Below are positions 16,019 to 36,620 of a DNA stretch of 64,000 nt, piece after piece. This DNA comes from Dictyostelium discoideum (Eukaryota): NCBI GenBank assembly GCA_000004695.1, contig CM000153.2, forward strand, positions 992,001 to 1,056,000, written 5' to 3'. Every line of letters starts with the position of its first letter. The stretch's first letter is position 1. Position numbers and translations under genes: made by a program. A model generated the notes under the pieces. That model was not told the DNA's origin, did no database searches, and worked only from the letters and a program-made list of their open reading frames with translations.

Positions 16019-17390
16019 GAATATTTTTTTTTTTCCCAAAATTAGTTAAAAACCAATAATTAAAATATTCAAAAATGTAAGTGGAGAAAAAAGGAATATT
16101 AAAAAAAAAGATGGTTTGGTTAAAATAGAAAACCAAAGATCACTTAGTTTTAGCAAAATTGGGATAAGTTTTAAAACTTTTTTTTATTTTTTAAAAATAA
16201 ATATTACTATATTTATTTTTTTCCAACATTTAAATCTATTTTAATCCAGTCCCTCCTTTTTATAATAAAATTTTTAAGGCTAAAAAGATTTAATTCTTGT
16301 TATAATAACTCTCCTTTTTAAATTAAAAGGAAATATAAAAAAAAAAAAAAAAAAAAAAATTTTTAGGCATTAATTATTTTATTATAAAAAAATATTATTT
16401 AACTTTTTTAAATTTTCCTATCTCATTTGAGCCCAGCTTTTCAAAGTAATAAATTTAAAATTATTTATTATTTTTAATTTTTTTTTTTTTTTTTTTCTTT
16501 TTCAAATAATGGTTTGAAAAAAAAAAAGAATTACAAAATGGTAAATAAAAAAAAAAAAAATAATAATAGTTTAAAAAAAGATAATTAAAAAAAAAAAAAA
16601 AGGATTAGATAGAATATTTATAACTTTTTTTTTTATTCAAAATATATTATTTTTATTTTTATTTTTTTTAAATTTTTTATTTATTTTTTATTTATTTTTT
16701 ATTAATTTTTTTAAAAAAAAAAATTTTTAAAAAAAAAAACACACAAAGAAATTATTTATTTTATATTTTTAGAAACCCCATTTAAAAACAGTGTAAATAT
16801 TTAATTATTTAATATATAAATATCTTTCTTATAAAATAATTATTTTTTTTTTTTTTATTTTTTAATTTTTTTATAGTTTTATTGATAAAGTTAACTTTAA
16901 TTTATTTTATTTTTTTATTTTTTTTTTATTTTTTTTGTTTAAGTTAACCTTATTTTTTTATTTATTTTTTTTTTGACGCGTGACCTTACATGAAATAACA
17001 CCACCAACATGTTGTCACGTACCCGGATTTCATTTTAGAAATCATAAAAAACGGCCAACCGCTGTTATTTAATTTTTTTTTTTTAATTTTTTTTTTTTTT
17101 TTTTTTTTTTTGGATTTTTTTTTTTTTTTTTTTAAAAATTATTTTTTTTTTTTTTTTTATTTTTTTTTTATTGGTTTCTTTTCACCAAATTTCAATAAAA
17201 TTTTTTTAATTTTTTATTTTTTATATATTCCTAATAAAATTTTTTTTTTTTTTTTTTATTAAATCAAAAACTCTCAATACCAATAGATTTTATATCATTA
17301 CATTCCTATAGATATTATATTCAAAACCAAAAAGTCAAAAGGTTTTTTTTTTTTTTTTTTTTTCAGTAACATTAACAAATAAAGCAAAAT

Positions 17391-18770
17391 ATGTTTTCAG
17401 GAGCATTGAATTATATGAAGGGTTTAGTAGGTACCAACGAAAACTTACAAGTCGAAGAAAGTGGTGATAATAAAGGTGATATTGAACCAGAGCAAAGAAA
17501 GGGTTTACTCAAACAATTATCATCATATGTTGGTAAAGATATTACATCTTTAATCTCATTACCAGTTTGGATTTTCGAACCAGTATCATTCTTACAAGTT
17601 ATGTCCGAACCATTACAATATAACGCTTTATTATCTAAAGCCTCAAAACAAGATAGCGAATTTTTATGTTTAGCTTATTTAGCTGCCTTCAATTGTGCAT
17701 TATATAGTACTGCTGTTAGAACAAGTAAGTTTTATTAAATATTATTAATTATATTTTGAAAAATATAATAGTAAAATAAAATAAAGAAAAAAAAAAAAAA
17801 AAAAAGAAATACTAAAAAATTTTTTTTTTTTTCTTTTTTATTTCTTTTTTTCTTTTTATTTTTATTTTTTTTTTTTTTTTTAAAAAAAAAAATAGGAAAA
17901 CCATTTAATCCAATTTTAGGTGAAACCTTTGAAATTGTTGATAAAAAAGGTGAATTTAGATTCCTTGCAGAACAAGTTAGTCATCACCCACCAATTGGTG
18001 TATCAGAGACAATTTCAGAAGATTATACTCTTCAATTAGAAACATTATTGAAATCCAAATTCTATGGTAACTCATCAGAGGTTGAAATTGATGGTACCAA
18101 TCATTTCTTCAATAAGAAGACCAACCACCATTACACATGGAATCATTTGGTAACTTGTTGTCATAACATTATCATTGGTTCATTATGGTTGGATCATTAT
18201 GGTGATTTAGTCATCGAAAATCACACTACCGGTAGCAAGGCAGTACTCAAATTTGCTAAATCTGGTTGGTTAGGTGCCGGTCGTTATGGTGTCACTGGTG
18301 AAATTGTGGATTGTGAAGGTGATGTTAGATACAGAATCACTGGTAAATGGAATGAATCCATTCAATTATTCCAAGTCATGGATAATGGTTCATCCTCTAC
18401 CACTTCCACTTGTCTTTGGGAAGCCAGCAAAGAACCAATCAATAATAAATTTTTATTCCCAAGATGGGTCGAAGAAAACGTTATTGATCTCAACGATGAA
18501 TACAAAAAGATATTACCAGTCACCGATTCTCGTCTTAGAGCAGATCGTATCGCTTTAGAAGAAGGTAACTTGGATGTCGCAGCTAAAGAAAAACACAACT
18601 TGGAAGAGAAGCAAAGAGAAGACAAAAGACAAAGAGTTGCTGAAAACAAAGAATGGGAAACTGCTCAATTTAAAAAAGTCGATGATGCTAAATTTGGTTA
18701 CAGATGGAATTATTGTGGTAATTATTGGGAAGAAAGAGAAGAAAGAGTTAAAGCAGCAGCTTCAAATTAA
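17391..18770 (+). CDS. Oxysterol-binding protein (OSBP/ORP) family member, short form, join(17391..17724,17896..18770).
   Basis: Exon 2 contains the OSBP fingerprint KPFNPILGETFE...EQVSHHPPI. Exon 1 ends aca+a, followed by a GTAAGT donor at 17725. The acceptor AG is at 17894-17895. The split codon a+ga = Arg preserves the frame to the TAA at 18768-18770. Confidence 0.85.
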
Positions 18771-19157
18771 TAAAAACAATAATAATTATAATATTTTAAT
18801 CGTAAACAATTTATTCATTCAATTTCCGCTGTTATTAATTAATATATAAATAAAAAAAAAAAAAAAAAACAAAAAAATAAAAAATAATAAAAAACATTTT
18901 AAAAAAAAAAAAAAAATAGTGAATATCTCCATTCATAACTTTTTATTAAAATTTTAAATGCTTTAAGATTTTTCCAAACTAAGATCAAATAAGTTAAATA
19001 TTTAAATACTTCACAAAATTAAAATTATCTGATTTTATTAATCGGCAAATAAACAAATCCTTTAAAATAAAAAAGATTTATTTTCAAGAAGAAAGTGGAG
19101 TTTTTTTTTTCTTTTTATTTAGTTGATATTTACAAATACTATAATACATTTAGAATT

Positions 19158-19491
19158 TTAATTGCAACCACAATCTGGATGTAAAATTGGAGTTGTAATA
19201 TTGCCAACAGTGTTTAATACTGAACCAACAATAACACCAGTACCAAATAAAACTCCTCCAACAAGATTTCCAACTGTATTTCCTAATGCCGGACTACAAG
19301 AACAACATTGAATTGAGTTTAATGATTGAAGTGATGATGATGAAAATGAGGCAATATTGGATTTTGATGATGATTTAATATTTCCAATTGATGAGATTGA
19401 GGCTAAATAATTAAATTGATTTTAGTATTTAGGTAAAAAATAAATTAAAAATTTAAAATTAAATTTAAATGTAATTACCTAAGATTGTCAT
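19158..19491 (-). CDS. hssA/2C/7E-family small Ser/Gly-rich protein, about 85 aa, complement(join(19158..19402,19479..19491)).
   Basis: Exon 1 is ATGACAATCTTAG, followed by a GTAATT donor. The acceptor atttAG is at 19403-19404. The protein reads [85 protein letters not shown]. It is about 97% identical at the nucleotide level to the + strand copy at 20257. Confidence 0.75.
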
Positions 19492-19954
19492 TTTTTAGGT
19501 TTAATTGTTTTAGTAAGAAAAAAAAATAAAAAAAAAAAAAAATGTTTTTAAAGGTAAAGTATTCACTTTAAAAAAAAAATTATAAAATTTTTTATATATA
19601 ATATTAAATCAATTTTTTTTTAATTTATTACAAATTATTTGAAAAATAGTTTTGGAATTTTAGATAATGGATGATATCATTTTAGTGATAAAATAATAAA
19701 TAAAGATTTATTTATTTAATTTTAACTATATGAACGGTTTATAAAAAATAGTTCAAATTAATCTTTCAAATAGAGATTTTAAAAATGGCCTTTAATCTTA
19801 TTTCCCTACAAATATAAAAATATTATCGGTCAAAAAAAAAATATTAAATAGCTATATCTTTTTTTTTCTTTTATTGAAATGTTATATTAAAAAAATTAAT
19901 CAATTTTTTTTATTATTTTTTGTATAGAAAACAAATTTATATGTTTTCCAATCT

Positions 19955-19990
<36 letters not shown>

Positions 19991-20256
19991 AGTAACAACC
20001 CCTTCTAACACAGATTTTTTATTAAATAAGTAAGATTAACACAGATGAAAAAACTAATATAGATATCTAAAATTCAAATTTGGATTTTACTAAATTTAAA
20101 TTTTTTTTAATAATTTTCACATTTTACTCTTTTTTAAATATAATAATAATTATATGTTTCAAAATTAGTATAAAAAAATTTTTATTTTCCAATCATTATC
20201 AAATATTAGCCAACTCTTTAAAGCATAAATAGAAAATTGAAAAAAAAAAAAAAAAA

Positions 20257-20584
20257 ATGACAATTTTAGGTAACTATATATATATTTTATAATTCTTTTA
20301 TTTAATAATTTCTAATTTCTTTAAATATTATTTTAGCCTCAATCTCATCAATTGGAAATATTAAATCATCATCAAAATCCAATATTGCCTCATCATCATC
20401 ATCATCATCAAGTCAATCATTAAACTCAATTCAATGTTGTTCTTGTAGTCTGGCATTAGGAAATACAGTTGGAAATCTTGTTGGAGGAGTTTTATTTGGT
20501 ACTGGTGTTATTGTTGGTTCAGTATTAAACACTGTTGGCAATATTACAACTCCAATTCTACATCCAGATTGTGGTTGCAACTAA
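20257..20584 (+). CDS. hssA/2C/7E-family small Ser/Gly-rich protein, join(20257..20269,20337..20584). It is a paralogue of the gene at 19158-19491.
   Basis: ATGACAATTTTAG is followed by a GTAACT donor. The acceptor ttttAG is at 20335-20336. Compared with the minus-strand copy it has a one-codon Ser insertion and three substitutions. The MTIL(G/A)...CGCN architecture is typical of the family. Confidence 0.75.
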
Positions 20585-20993
20585 AATCGAAAATAATATA
20601 TATATTTAATTAAATTAATTCAATATATAATTATTAAATACATAAAAGTGTATAAAAAAAAAAAAAAAAAAAAAAATTTAAAAAAATAAAATAATAATAT
20701 AAATTTTATATTATTAATAAATGTTTCTTTTTTAAATATAAAAATATAATATTATTGTGATTAAATTTAACAGAATAAATAATAAAATAATTAAAGAATT
20801 TGTTTTTGATTTTTAGGTTTTAAAATAGAAAAATTATTTCTATCTTTTTTTTTTTTTGGTTTCTTTTTTTATTATAATCATTATGACAATATTAATTTTT
20901 ATATATATATGAGTATTAAAAGTTTTTAATTGGGTAATATTATAATATTATAATAAAATTGAAATCCAATGATAGAAAATATTAATACTATCA

Positions 20994-24773
<3,780 letters not shown>

Positions 24774-26004
24774 GTTTTTTATTATTGTATTTTCTTCCTA
24801 CTTCACTACTTCACCCAAATAACTTTTATTTTTTTTTTTTCTTACTTTTTCTTTTTTTTTATTTTTTTTTTTTATTTTTTTGAAACTATTATAATTTTAT
24901 TACTATTATTATTAATTCAATAATGTATTTGCTTTATACTTGTTTGGTTTTTTATTTTTTTATTTTTTATTTTTTTCTTATTAATTTTGTTATTGTTTTT
25001 TTTTATTTGTTTTTATTTATTTATTTATTTATTTATTTATTTGGTTTAATTATTTTTTTTTTGTGGTTGGGGGATTTACTAAAAGAAAAAAAAAAAAAGC
25101 AAAATCAAAAAAAAAAAAAAAAAAAAAAAATCTGTTTATAAGAAAAAACGTATATTTATAATTAATTTAATTAATATATTTTAATCGTTTGAACAATAGT
25201 TTTAATAATAATGAGAAGGGTAATAAATAAAAGAGTATGGTGTTTGGTAGTGAATAAAGGAGAGAGGTACCAATAAATTGAAACAAAAATTGAAATTTTT
25301 TTATTTTTTTTTAATTTTTTTTTTTTTTAATTTTTTTTTTTAATTTTATTTTTATTTTTATTTTTTTTTTTTTTATTTTGAAAACTTTAAAGAAATCTTG
25401 CTGATTTTTGGAAGAGTGTACGGATATTTATGAAATATAAAAAAAAAAAAAAAAATTTTATGTTTTTTTCCCAAATCCCCCAAATAAAAAAAAAAAGAAA
25501 AAAAAAAAGTTTATTCAAATAAAGAGAACCTGGAAATTACCTTTTTTTTTAAATTTATTTTATTTATGATGGGGGCGCTCCTATGATAAATAAATAAATA
25601 AATAAATAAAAAAATAAAAATAAATAAATAAATAAATGAAAAAATAAAATAATTAAATAAATGAAAAAATAAAATAAAATAAAATTAAAATAAAATTAAA
25701 ATAAAAAAAAAAATTTAAAAAAAAATAAAAAGTTTATTAAATTAATTAAAAAAAAAAAAAAAAATTAAATTAAATTAAATTAAATTAAATAAAAAAAAAA
25801 GAAAAAAAGATTTTAAACCCAAAACACTTACACACTGTTTATACCATTCAACAATGTGGGAACATTTTTTTTTTTTTTTTTAATTTTTTAAAATTTAATT
25901 TTATTTTTTATTTTTTTCATTTTTTTTATTTTTTTCATTTTTTTTATTTTTCTATTTTTATCCTTTTATTTTTTTTCTATTTTTATCTTTTTTTTTTTTT
26001 ATTT

Positions 26005-27153
26005 TTATTTTTTTTTTTGTAATAAATTTTTTTTATGAGTTATAAAAATAGTTATAATTACTAATATTGAGCCAATAACAGTTACCAATAATGTATAGAA
26101 TTTAACAGAATCATTATCATTTAATTGACCAACTGGGACATTTATAGAAATTGATTTTGAAATATCATCTAATAATAAATTATAATTTGTAATTAAATTC
26201 CAATTATCATTATTTGAGTTGTCATTGTTATTTAATACACTATTTGTTGGTTCACATGATAGATAAATTTGAGGAGATGAAATTATAGATTGACGAAAAG
26301 TATTACTATCACCATTATCACTGAATAAAGGATTTTGATAACGTAAATGAATTGGTAAAGTTAATTGAATATCTTGAGTAGCAGAACCGGTTGTATTGAA
26401 TTGTTTAATGATTGAAACGAAATTTTGAGTACTTGAGGTAGAAGGTTTCTCCAAATCGATCAATTGATAAATTACAACTTTTGGACCTCCAAATCTCTCA
26501 ATTTCATCCACTTCATATCTATCAACGAAAATACCTTGATCCAAATTCTCCAAAACCATAATTTTACACACTCCTGGTACAGTATCTCTCAATGGTGATT
26601 TCAAAGTAACATTAATAACAAGTTCACGATGAAATCCAGATTTCTTCACCAAATGATCTAATTTCAGTATAACCCATTCACTATCATCACCATCTTTAAC
26701 AAGAGTTGTTGTTTCAATATTATCAATCATTTCATCCAATTTACTTGCTTTTGAATTCTCTAATTTATAAATTTCTTTACTTTTATCAGCATTTAATAAA
26801 GCTAAAGTAGTGGAGGTAGTGGTAGTGGTAGTGGAGGTAGTTGAAATTGGATTATATTTAATTGTTAATTTATTAGTATTGATTAAAGTTTGTTCATTAA
26901 ATTCAATTGAATTTTTATTAATAGTTAAAGTGAAACCTAATAATTGATCATATGAATTTTCAATTGAATATGAAACTTTATGACTATTACAAAGTTTATG
27001 ATGATTAAAAATTGATAAACAATTTAGATAACTATTACTATTGAATAATTCAAGATATGATTTCTCATTTTCTTGTTTATTGAATTTACTTGATTGAATA
27101 ATACGTTGACGTTTAATTGAAATATCATTTATTGGCTTAAGAATATTACTATC

Positions 27154-27186
<33 letters not shown>

Positions 27187-27789
27187 TGTAAGGTAAGGTG
27201 GATTCATTGTATTTGGAATTAAACCCATATGTAATAAATTATCAAATATTGGTGATTCATTTGAAGAACATGGTTGAATTGAAGTATCCAATACTGATTC
27301 TAAAATTTTACAAATATTTAAAGTTTGATTGAATGTCATTGTTTTTATTGTTGAAAATTCATCCATTTGAATCTCTTTTGAACCATCTTTAAAATTTACT
27401 ACTATTCTAATTATTGGTTCAATTAAAGTTGGATATTTTGATGATGTTTTACTAAATTTACCTTTTAAATGATTATTATTAAAATAAACTATAATTGATT
27501 CAATATTATTATTATAATTATCATCATTAAATAAATTATTTTTAAAATTTGAAGTATGTTGATGTGATATTAAAAAATTATTAATTGAATTATCAGCACT
27601 ATTTGTTGTTGTAATATCGATTTTATCACTGTTAACATGATTTTTTAAATTTAATTTTTCATTCTCTTTTAAATCTTGTATAATTATAATATCATTTGAT
27701 TGATATGATTGATAATTTATATCTACAATTGCTGAAATAATTATTAAATTTATTATTATTAAAAATAATAATGATATTAATTTATTCAT
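26005..27789 (-). CDS. Type I membrane glycoprotein-like protein of 594 aa, with an N-terminal signal peptide and a single C-terminal TM helix followed by a KK-rich tail.
   Basis: ATG at 27787-27789 sits in an aaaaaATG context. The signal peptide reads MNKLISLLFLIIINLIIISA. There are many N-x-S/T sites. The C-terminal hydrophobic stretch FYTLLVTVIGSILVIITIFI is followed by THKKNLLQKKK. The frame is uninterrupted. Confidence 0.6.
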
Positions 27790-28191
27790 TTTTTATAAAT
27801 AAATATTTTATATGTGAAATAAACAATGAAATTCATTTTTTTTTTTTTTTTTTTTTTTTTCCAAAAATTCATTTTTTTTTTTTTTTTTTTTTTTAAAATT
27901 TAAATTTTTTTTTCATTTTTTTTATTTTAAAACAGGTTATATTTAATCAATTATATTTAATTTTATTTATTTTTAATATGAATTTTGTATAAAAATAGAG
28001 TGAGCAATCAAAAATATAAAAAAAAAAATTTTATTGGAATTTAGAATTTGTTTTTATTCAGAAAAATATATTTTTTTTTTTTTTTTTTTTCATTTATTTA
28101 CTTATTTATTTACTTATTTATTTTATTTGTTTATTTTATATTTATATATATTTAAATATATTTTTTTTATTTTTTTTTATTTTTTTTTTTT

Positions 28192-30856
28192 TTATGTATC
28201 AAATAAAACTTCTTCTTCATTATGATAATAATTATTATTACTATTTATAATTGAATTATTATATTGTTGAGTAGCAGATTTATGTTTATAGTTTTTATTT
28301 TTAATGATTTCATTCATTCTTTTTAAGAATCTTTGTTTATAAGGTTCAGGTCTAGTTGCAGAGATACCATCACCATCCTTTCTAAATAAATAAACCTTTA
28401 AAAATCTTTCCAATTTCTTACTAAAATCATAAAGTTGAAGTATATCAATAACACCAATATAATAGATTTCTTTTTCATCTGCTGATATAATACCATTTGA
28501 AAAATCGAATGAATTTGAAATTAATGATGAATTTGTAAAACTACCTTTTAATAAACCACCACTACCATGTCCATTATTATTATTATTAAAATTACTACCA
28601 CTACTACCACTACCAATACCATTACTATTACTATTACTATTATTATTATTTAAATTTGAACCACTTAAAATATTATTAATATTACCACCAGATTCAATTA
28701 ATTTCTTTTTAAAATCATCATTATTTGGAATTACACCAATTAGTAAAGAATAATCCATAATATTTAAAGAGGTTAAGAAAGCAGAATCATTTTTTAATTG
28801 TTGAATGATTGAATGACTAAAACCATCTGGTAAATTTAAAAATTTTCTAAAGTTTACAAAATCTAAATCTAAACCTAATCCATCACCTTTGAACAAAGGA
28901 TCATTGCCACCTCTGTTAACTTTTGAACCTTTAAGATCATACCTTTCTCTAATCTTTATACCTTGTGGAATTGTACCAAATACATTGGACATGATAGCCA
29001 AATAGATAGTATGATCATTTGGCATTGAAATCTTATGACAACCATAGAACCTCAATAGGAATGAATGGTTGTTCTTTACGAGATAGTTGTAAAAATTGTT
29101 GATTTTCTTTTTCAATAATACCGATTCTTGACGAGTGATAGTTTTAATTAAAAATTTATTATCTGGTGAGAAACACATAAAACTTCCACTTTTACCCTCT
29201 GAGAATTTCTGATTCGATAAATTCTCAAAAAACAACGATGAATCAAATGATTTCAAATAATCTGATGGTGTTATATTATTTAATGCTCTAATCTTTGCAA
29301 ATATATTTGGACAATAATCTTTAAATTTATGACTACCCATATTTGTATCTGGTGAAATATCAAAAATATCTTTAAATAATTCTTTTTCTGTATAAACTTT
29401 AAATTGTTCATTTATATTATCAAAATTATCATTACTATTATTATTATTATTATTAATATTATTATTACTATTATAATTATGATTAATTGGTGTTGATGAA
29501 GATGATGGTGATGATGATGATAATGAGTCAAATGGTAAATGTTGATGAATATCACCACCAATATGAGATTGATTATTATTATTATTTAATGAGGAGGAAT
29601 TTGATAAATTTAAATTATCATTTACAGATAATGCAATACCACGTAATGAACATGTTAAAATATTATTACGTAACATTACGGCCAATTGAGTTGGATCTTG
29701 ATTTTCATCTTGAAGTGAACGAATTAGTGGTGTGTTTTCACCATCTTTAATGAATTTCTTTGAGAATGGTAAATATTTCATAATGTTACCAAGGAAACCT
29801 CTGAGAATTGAAGGATTTGTAATCCAAATGAGTGCATTCATAAAACCTTGAATCGATACACCAATTGCATCGAAAAACATTAACACACTCGCTTGGTTGG
29901 GTGCATCATGGTGGCCTGCGATCTGCGAGATTCTGTGTGCCAATGGGCCTGCCCAACAGAGGATAAACACCAATGTGTAGGTCGACATTCTCAATAACAT
30001 TCCAGTACGATTACGATCTGACCATGAGTTATTGGTGGTTGATGATGTTAGTGATTTATTTCTAGTGGAGATTGCTGCTATGATCAATGAGGAGATCGAG
30101 ATTGAAAAGTATGCTAAAAGTGGTATGAAAAACATCAATAGCAATGGCTTGTCCTCTGCCTTGATCCAACATGTGCCATCGCCACTTGGTCCTATGACAT
30201 CGTAATTCTTGAACAGTATCGCACTTGTCACTATCGAGTACGACCATATCCAACCATGATAAAACTTGGAATAGGTTGAACTATTCTCGAATGGTCTACT
30301 CGTGCTAATGATCAAATTCAACGATATCATACCACTCCATCCAATAGATGCCAATCCAAAGAATTGCTGTATACCTGCTTGTAAATAACATGCCACCCTT
30401 TTCGTTTGAAAACTGTCACTATGTGGTAACACTGCTGTCACCAAATACTTTAAACTAAACAACACATCACAAACTGATAAAAAAAAGATCATACGTGTTG
30501 GATGTTTCTTTAAATCTTTAATAGTAATAAATGTAATAATAACAAATAATGCTCCAATACATGATAATAATGCTAAAGATCCTGATACTCTATATAATGT
30601 CTAAATATATAAAATAAATATATAAAATAAATAAATAAATAAAAAAAAAGTAGGTTAAAAAATTTTTTTTTTTTTTTTTTTTTTTTACAAATGTGAGAAT
30701 TGTTGTGTGTAGATATAAATCGGTTTGACCTATTTTTTTTTTTTTTTTTTTATTATTATTATTAAAAAAATTACTTACATGAATTTCTGGACTTTCACTT
30801 GATCCACCATGAGAAGAATCAAATGCATCTAATGAAATTCTTCCAGCAAAAGACAT
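28192..30856 (-). CDS. rpkA: Receptor phosphatidylinositol-phosphate kinase, about 828 aa, with an N-terminal 7TM GPCR-like domain fused to a C-terminal PIP5K catalytic domain (RpkA-like). Model: complement(join(28192..30600,30779..30856)).
   Basis: Exon 1 reads MSFAGRISLDAFDSSHGGSSESPEIH from ATG 30854-30856 and is followed by a GTAAGT donor. The acceptor tatttAG is at 30601-30602. Exon 2 in phase 0 starts mid-TM1, TLYRVSGSLALLSCIGALFVIITF.... Seven hydrophobic helices come next. The PIPK core follows, with GKSGSFMCFSPDNKFLIKTI and the diagnostic MDYSLLIGV motif. The symbol is inferred from this domain architecture. Confidence 0.7.
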
Positions 30857-31206
30857 TTTTTTAACTATTTTATCTATTTGACTTGAATGACCTTTTGATT
30901 GAAAAAATTTAGGGGAGATTTTTTTTTTTTTTTTATAAAAAAAGTTTTTTTATTTTTTTTTTTTATTATTATTTTTTTTTTTTTTTTACTTTTTTTTTTT
31001 TTTGGATATTTATTTATTTTTTTATTTAATCGAAAAAAATGGTGGCGTGAGGATTTTTTTTACTAGTAAAAGATAATTATTAATGACATATTTATTTTAG
31101 TAAAAATAATGATAAAAAAAAAAAAAAAAAAAAAATTTAACAATGGTTTTTTATTTTTTTTTTTTTTTTTTTATTTTTCAGAAAAAAATATACTAAATAA
31201 ATGAGT

Positions 31207-31250
<44 letters not shown>

Positions 31251-31672
31251 CGAAAATTCAAACATGATCAAAAAACTTTTTTCTTTAAGGACGTCATGGG
31301 TTAAACATTTGTTTTTTTACTTTTTTTATAAAATTAACAAAAAAAAATAAAAATAAAATAAGGCTGAAAATAAAAATAGAAAGGAATAGATTATATTATT
31401 TATTTTTTTTATTTTTCAAGTTCATTACAGGAAAAAAACAAAAAAAAAAAAAAAAACCTTTTAATTAAATATCATTAAAACCCCCAATCCCAGTATCAAT
31501 AGCAGGCTTTTTTTATATTTTTAGTTTTGGAAAAAAAAAAAAAAAAAAAATTTAAAAAATTTAAAATAGTAAACTTTAAATAGCCAAAATAAATTTTTTT
31601 AAAAAAAAATTACACCCTTTAGTTAATTCCCATAATAATAATAATAATACTTTACAAACTTTAAAAAAAAAA

Positions 31673-31713
<41 letters not shown>

Positions 31714-31935
31714 TTAAATATAAAATATCTTTAAAAAATATCTTTAAAAAAATATCTTTATAAAATATCTTTAAAAAATATATTTATTTTATTATTATTT
31801 TAAAATTTACTTTATGTTTTTTTTTGTATATTCTTTTTTTATAAATATTCAAATTTTTTAAAATAAATAATAATAATACATTTTTGGATATTTATAAAAA
31901 AAAAAAAAAAAAAATATATACTCATATAAATTATT

Positions 31936-35322
<3,387 letters not shown>

Positions 35323-35365
35323 CCTATTTAATTTAATTAAATGATAAAAAGTATTAATAAATATA

Positions 35366-35367
<2 letters not shown>

Positions 35368-35459
<92 letters not shown>
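35368..35459. repeat. (ATT)~30 microsatellite lying in the gap between two minus-strand genes, in the upstream region of the NRDE2-like gene.
   Basis: Direct observation of tattattatt... over about 90 bp. Confidence 0.9.
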
Positions 35460-35473
35460 TATAGTATAGATTA

Positions 35474-36052
35474 TTACATTGATTTATCGTCATTTTTAAA
35501 TTTTTTATCTTTTCTTTTCTTTTTTTTCTCTTTTTTTCTATTTTTTCTTTCATTTTCTTCATTTTCTTCATTTTCTTGTTGTTGTTGTTCTTTTTTATAT
35601 TTCTTTCTATTGTATGTAAAACCACCACTATCATCATCACTACTATCTTGATCACTAGAACTGCTATCATTATCATCATCATCACTATTATCATCACTAC
35701 TACTATCGATGAATGATCTTTTTTTCATTATTATTTTTACTTTATCATTATTTTTTTTTTCTGTTTTTGAATAAAGGGGTGGTGATGAAGAAGGAGGAGG
35801 AGGAGAAGAAAAAGTGTTGTCACTATCTAAATTAAAGAAATCTGAAGCCCTTTTAAGTTGAGTTTTTGATGTAACTGTATCAATAACATTTTCTTGTTTT
35901 TCTTTATAACTTGAATTTGAAAACCATGATGAAGATGGTGTGTTTGTGCTTGTGACCTTTTGGTGTTCCTCTAAATATAGATCATCACCATCACCATCAC
36001 CATCATCATCGTTTGAATATGCTGCAAAAAGTGATTTTTTTGAATGTGACAT
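35474..36052 (-). CDS. Small acidic/basic low-complexity protein of 192 aa, with D/S-rich tracts and a KKEKKKKRK tail.
   Basis: ATG at 36050-36052 (aaatgtagATG). Open frame to stop. No recognisable domain. Confidence 0.45.
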   Translation of the reverse strand: MSHSKKSLFAAYSNDDDGDGDGDDLYLEEHQKVTSTNTPSSSWFSNSSYKEKQENVIDTVTSKTQLKRASDFFNLDSDNTFSSPPPPSSSPPLYSKTEKKNNDKVKIIMKKRSFIDSSSDDNSDDDDNDSSSSDQDSSDDDSGGFTYNRKKYKKEQQQQENEENEENERKNRKKEKKKKRKDKKFKNDDKSM

Positions 36053-36203
36053 CTACATTTAAAAATAAAATTATAAATAAATTTAAAGTTTATAAAGCAA
36101 TGATTTGGGGAGCTGTTATTAAGTCACTTTAAAGAAAATTAAAAAATAAAAATTTTTTATTTTTAAAAAAAAAGAGGGGTACCCCCAAAAAAAAAAAAAA
36201 AAA

Positions 36204-36252
<49 letters not shown>

Positions 36253-36581
36253 ATTTAGATACTTTTTTGACCATGTGTAAATCTAGCAATTATTTTTTTA
36301 TGAACTTCATTTCCAATAAATAAAAATGATAATAAAAAAAAAAAAAAAATAAAAAAAAATAAAATTAAATAAAATATACCTATCAGTGGATAATTTAATT
36401 CTGAAAAAGAACCGGTTATTCGGGAAAAGTTAAATCTATAGATTATAATTGAAAATATTTTCATATTATTTACTTTTTAATTTTATTATTCATTCACAAT
36501 TAAAATAAAATATGTATTAAAAAAATAAATAAAATAAAAATTATGGTTTAAAAAAAATCAGAAATATTTTGGATCGAAACC

Positions 36582-36620
<39 letters not shown>

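Noticed and set aside
15948-16136. Minus-strand ORF with a poly-Lys run
   Set aside because: It is a translation of an intergenic poly(T)/poly(A) homopolymer. There are no gene signals.
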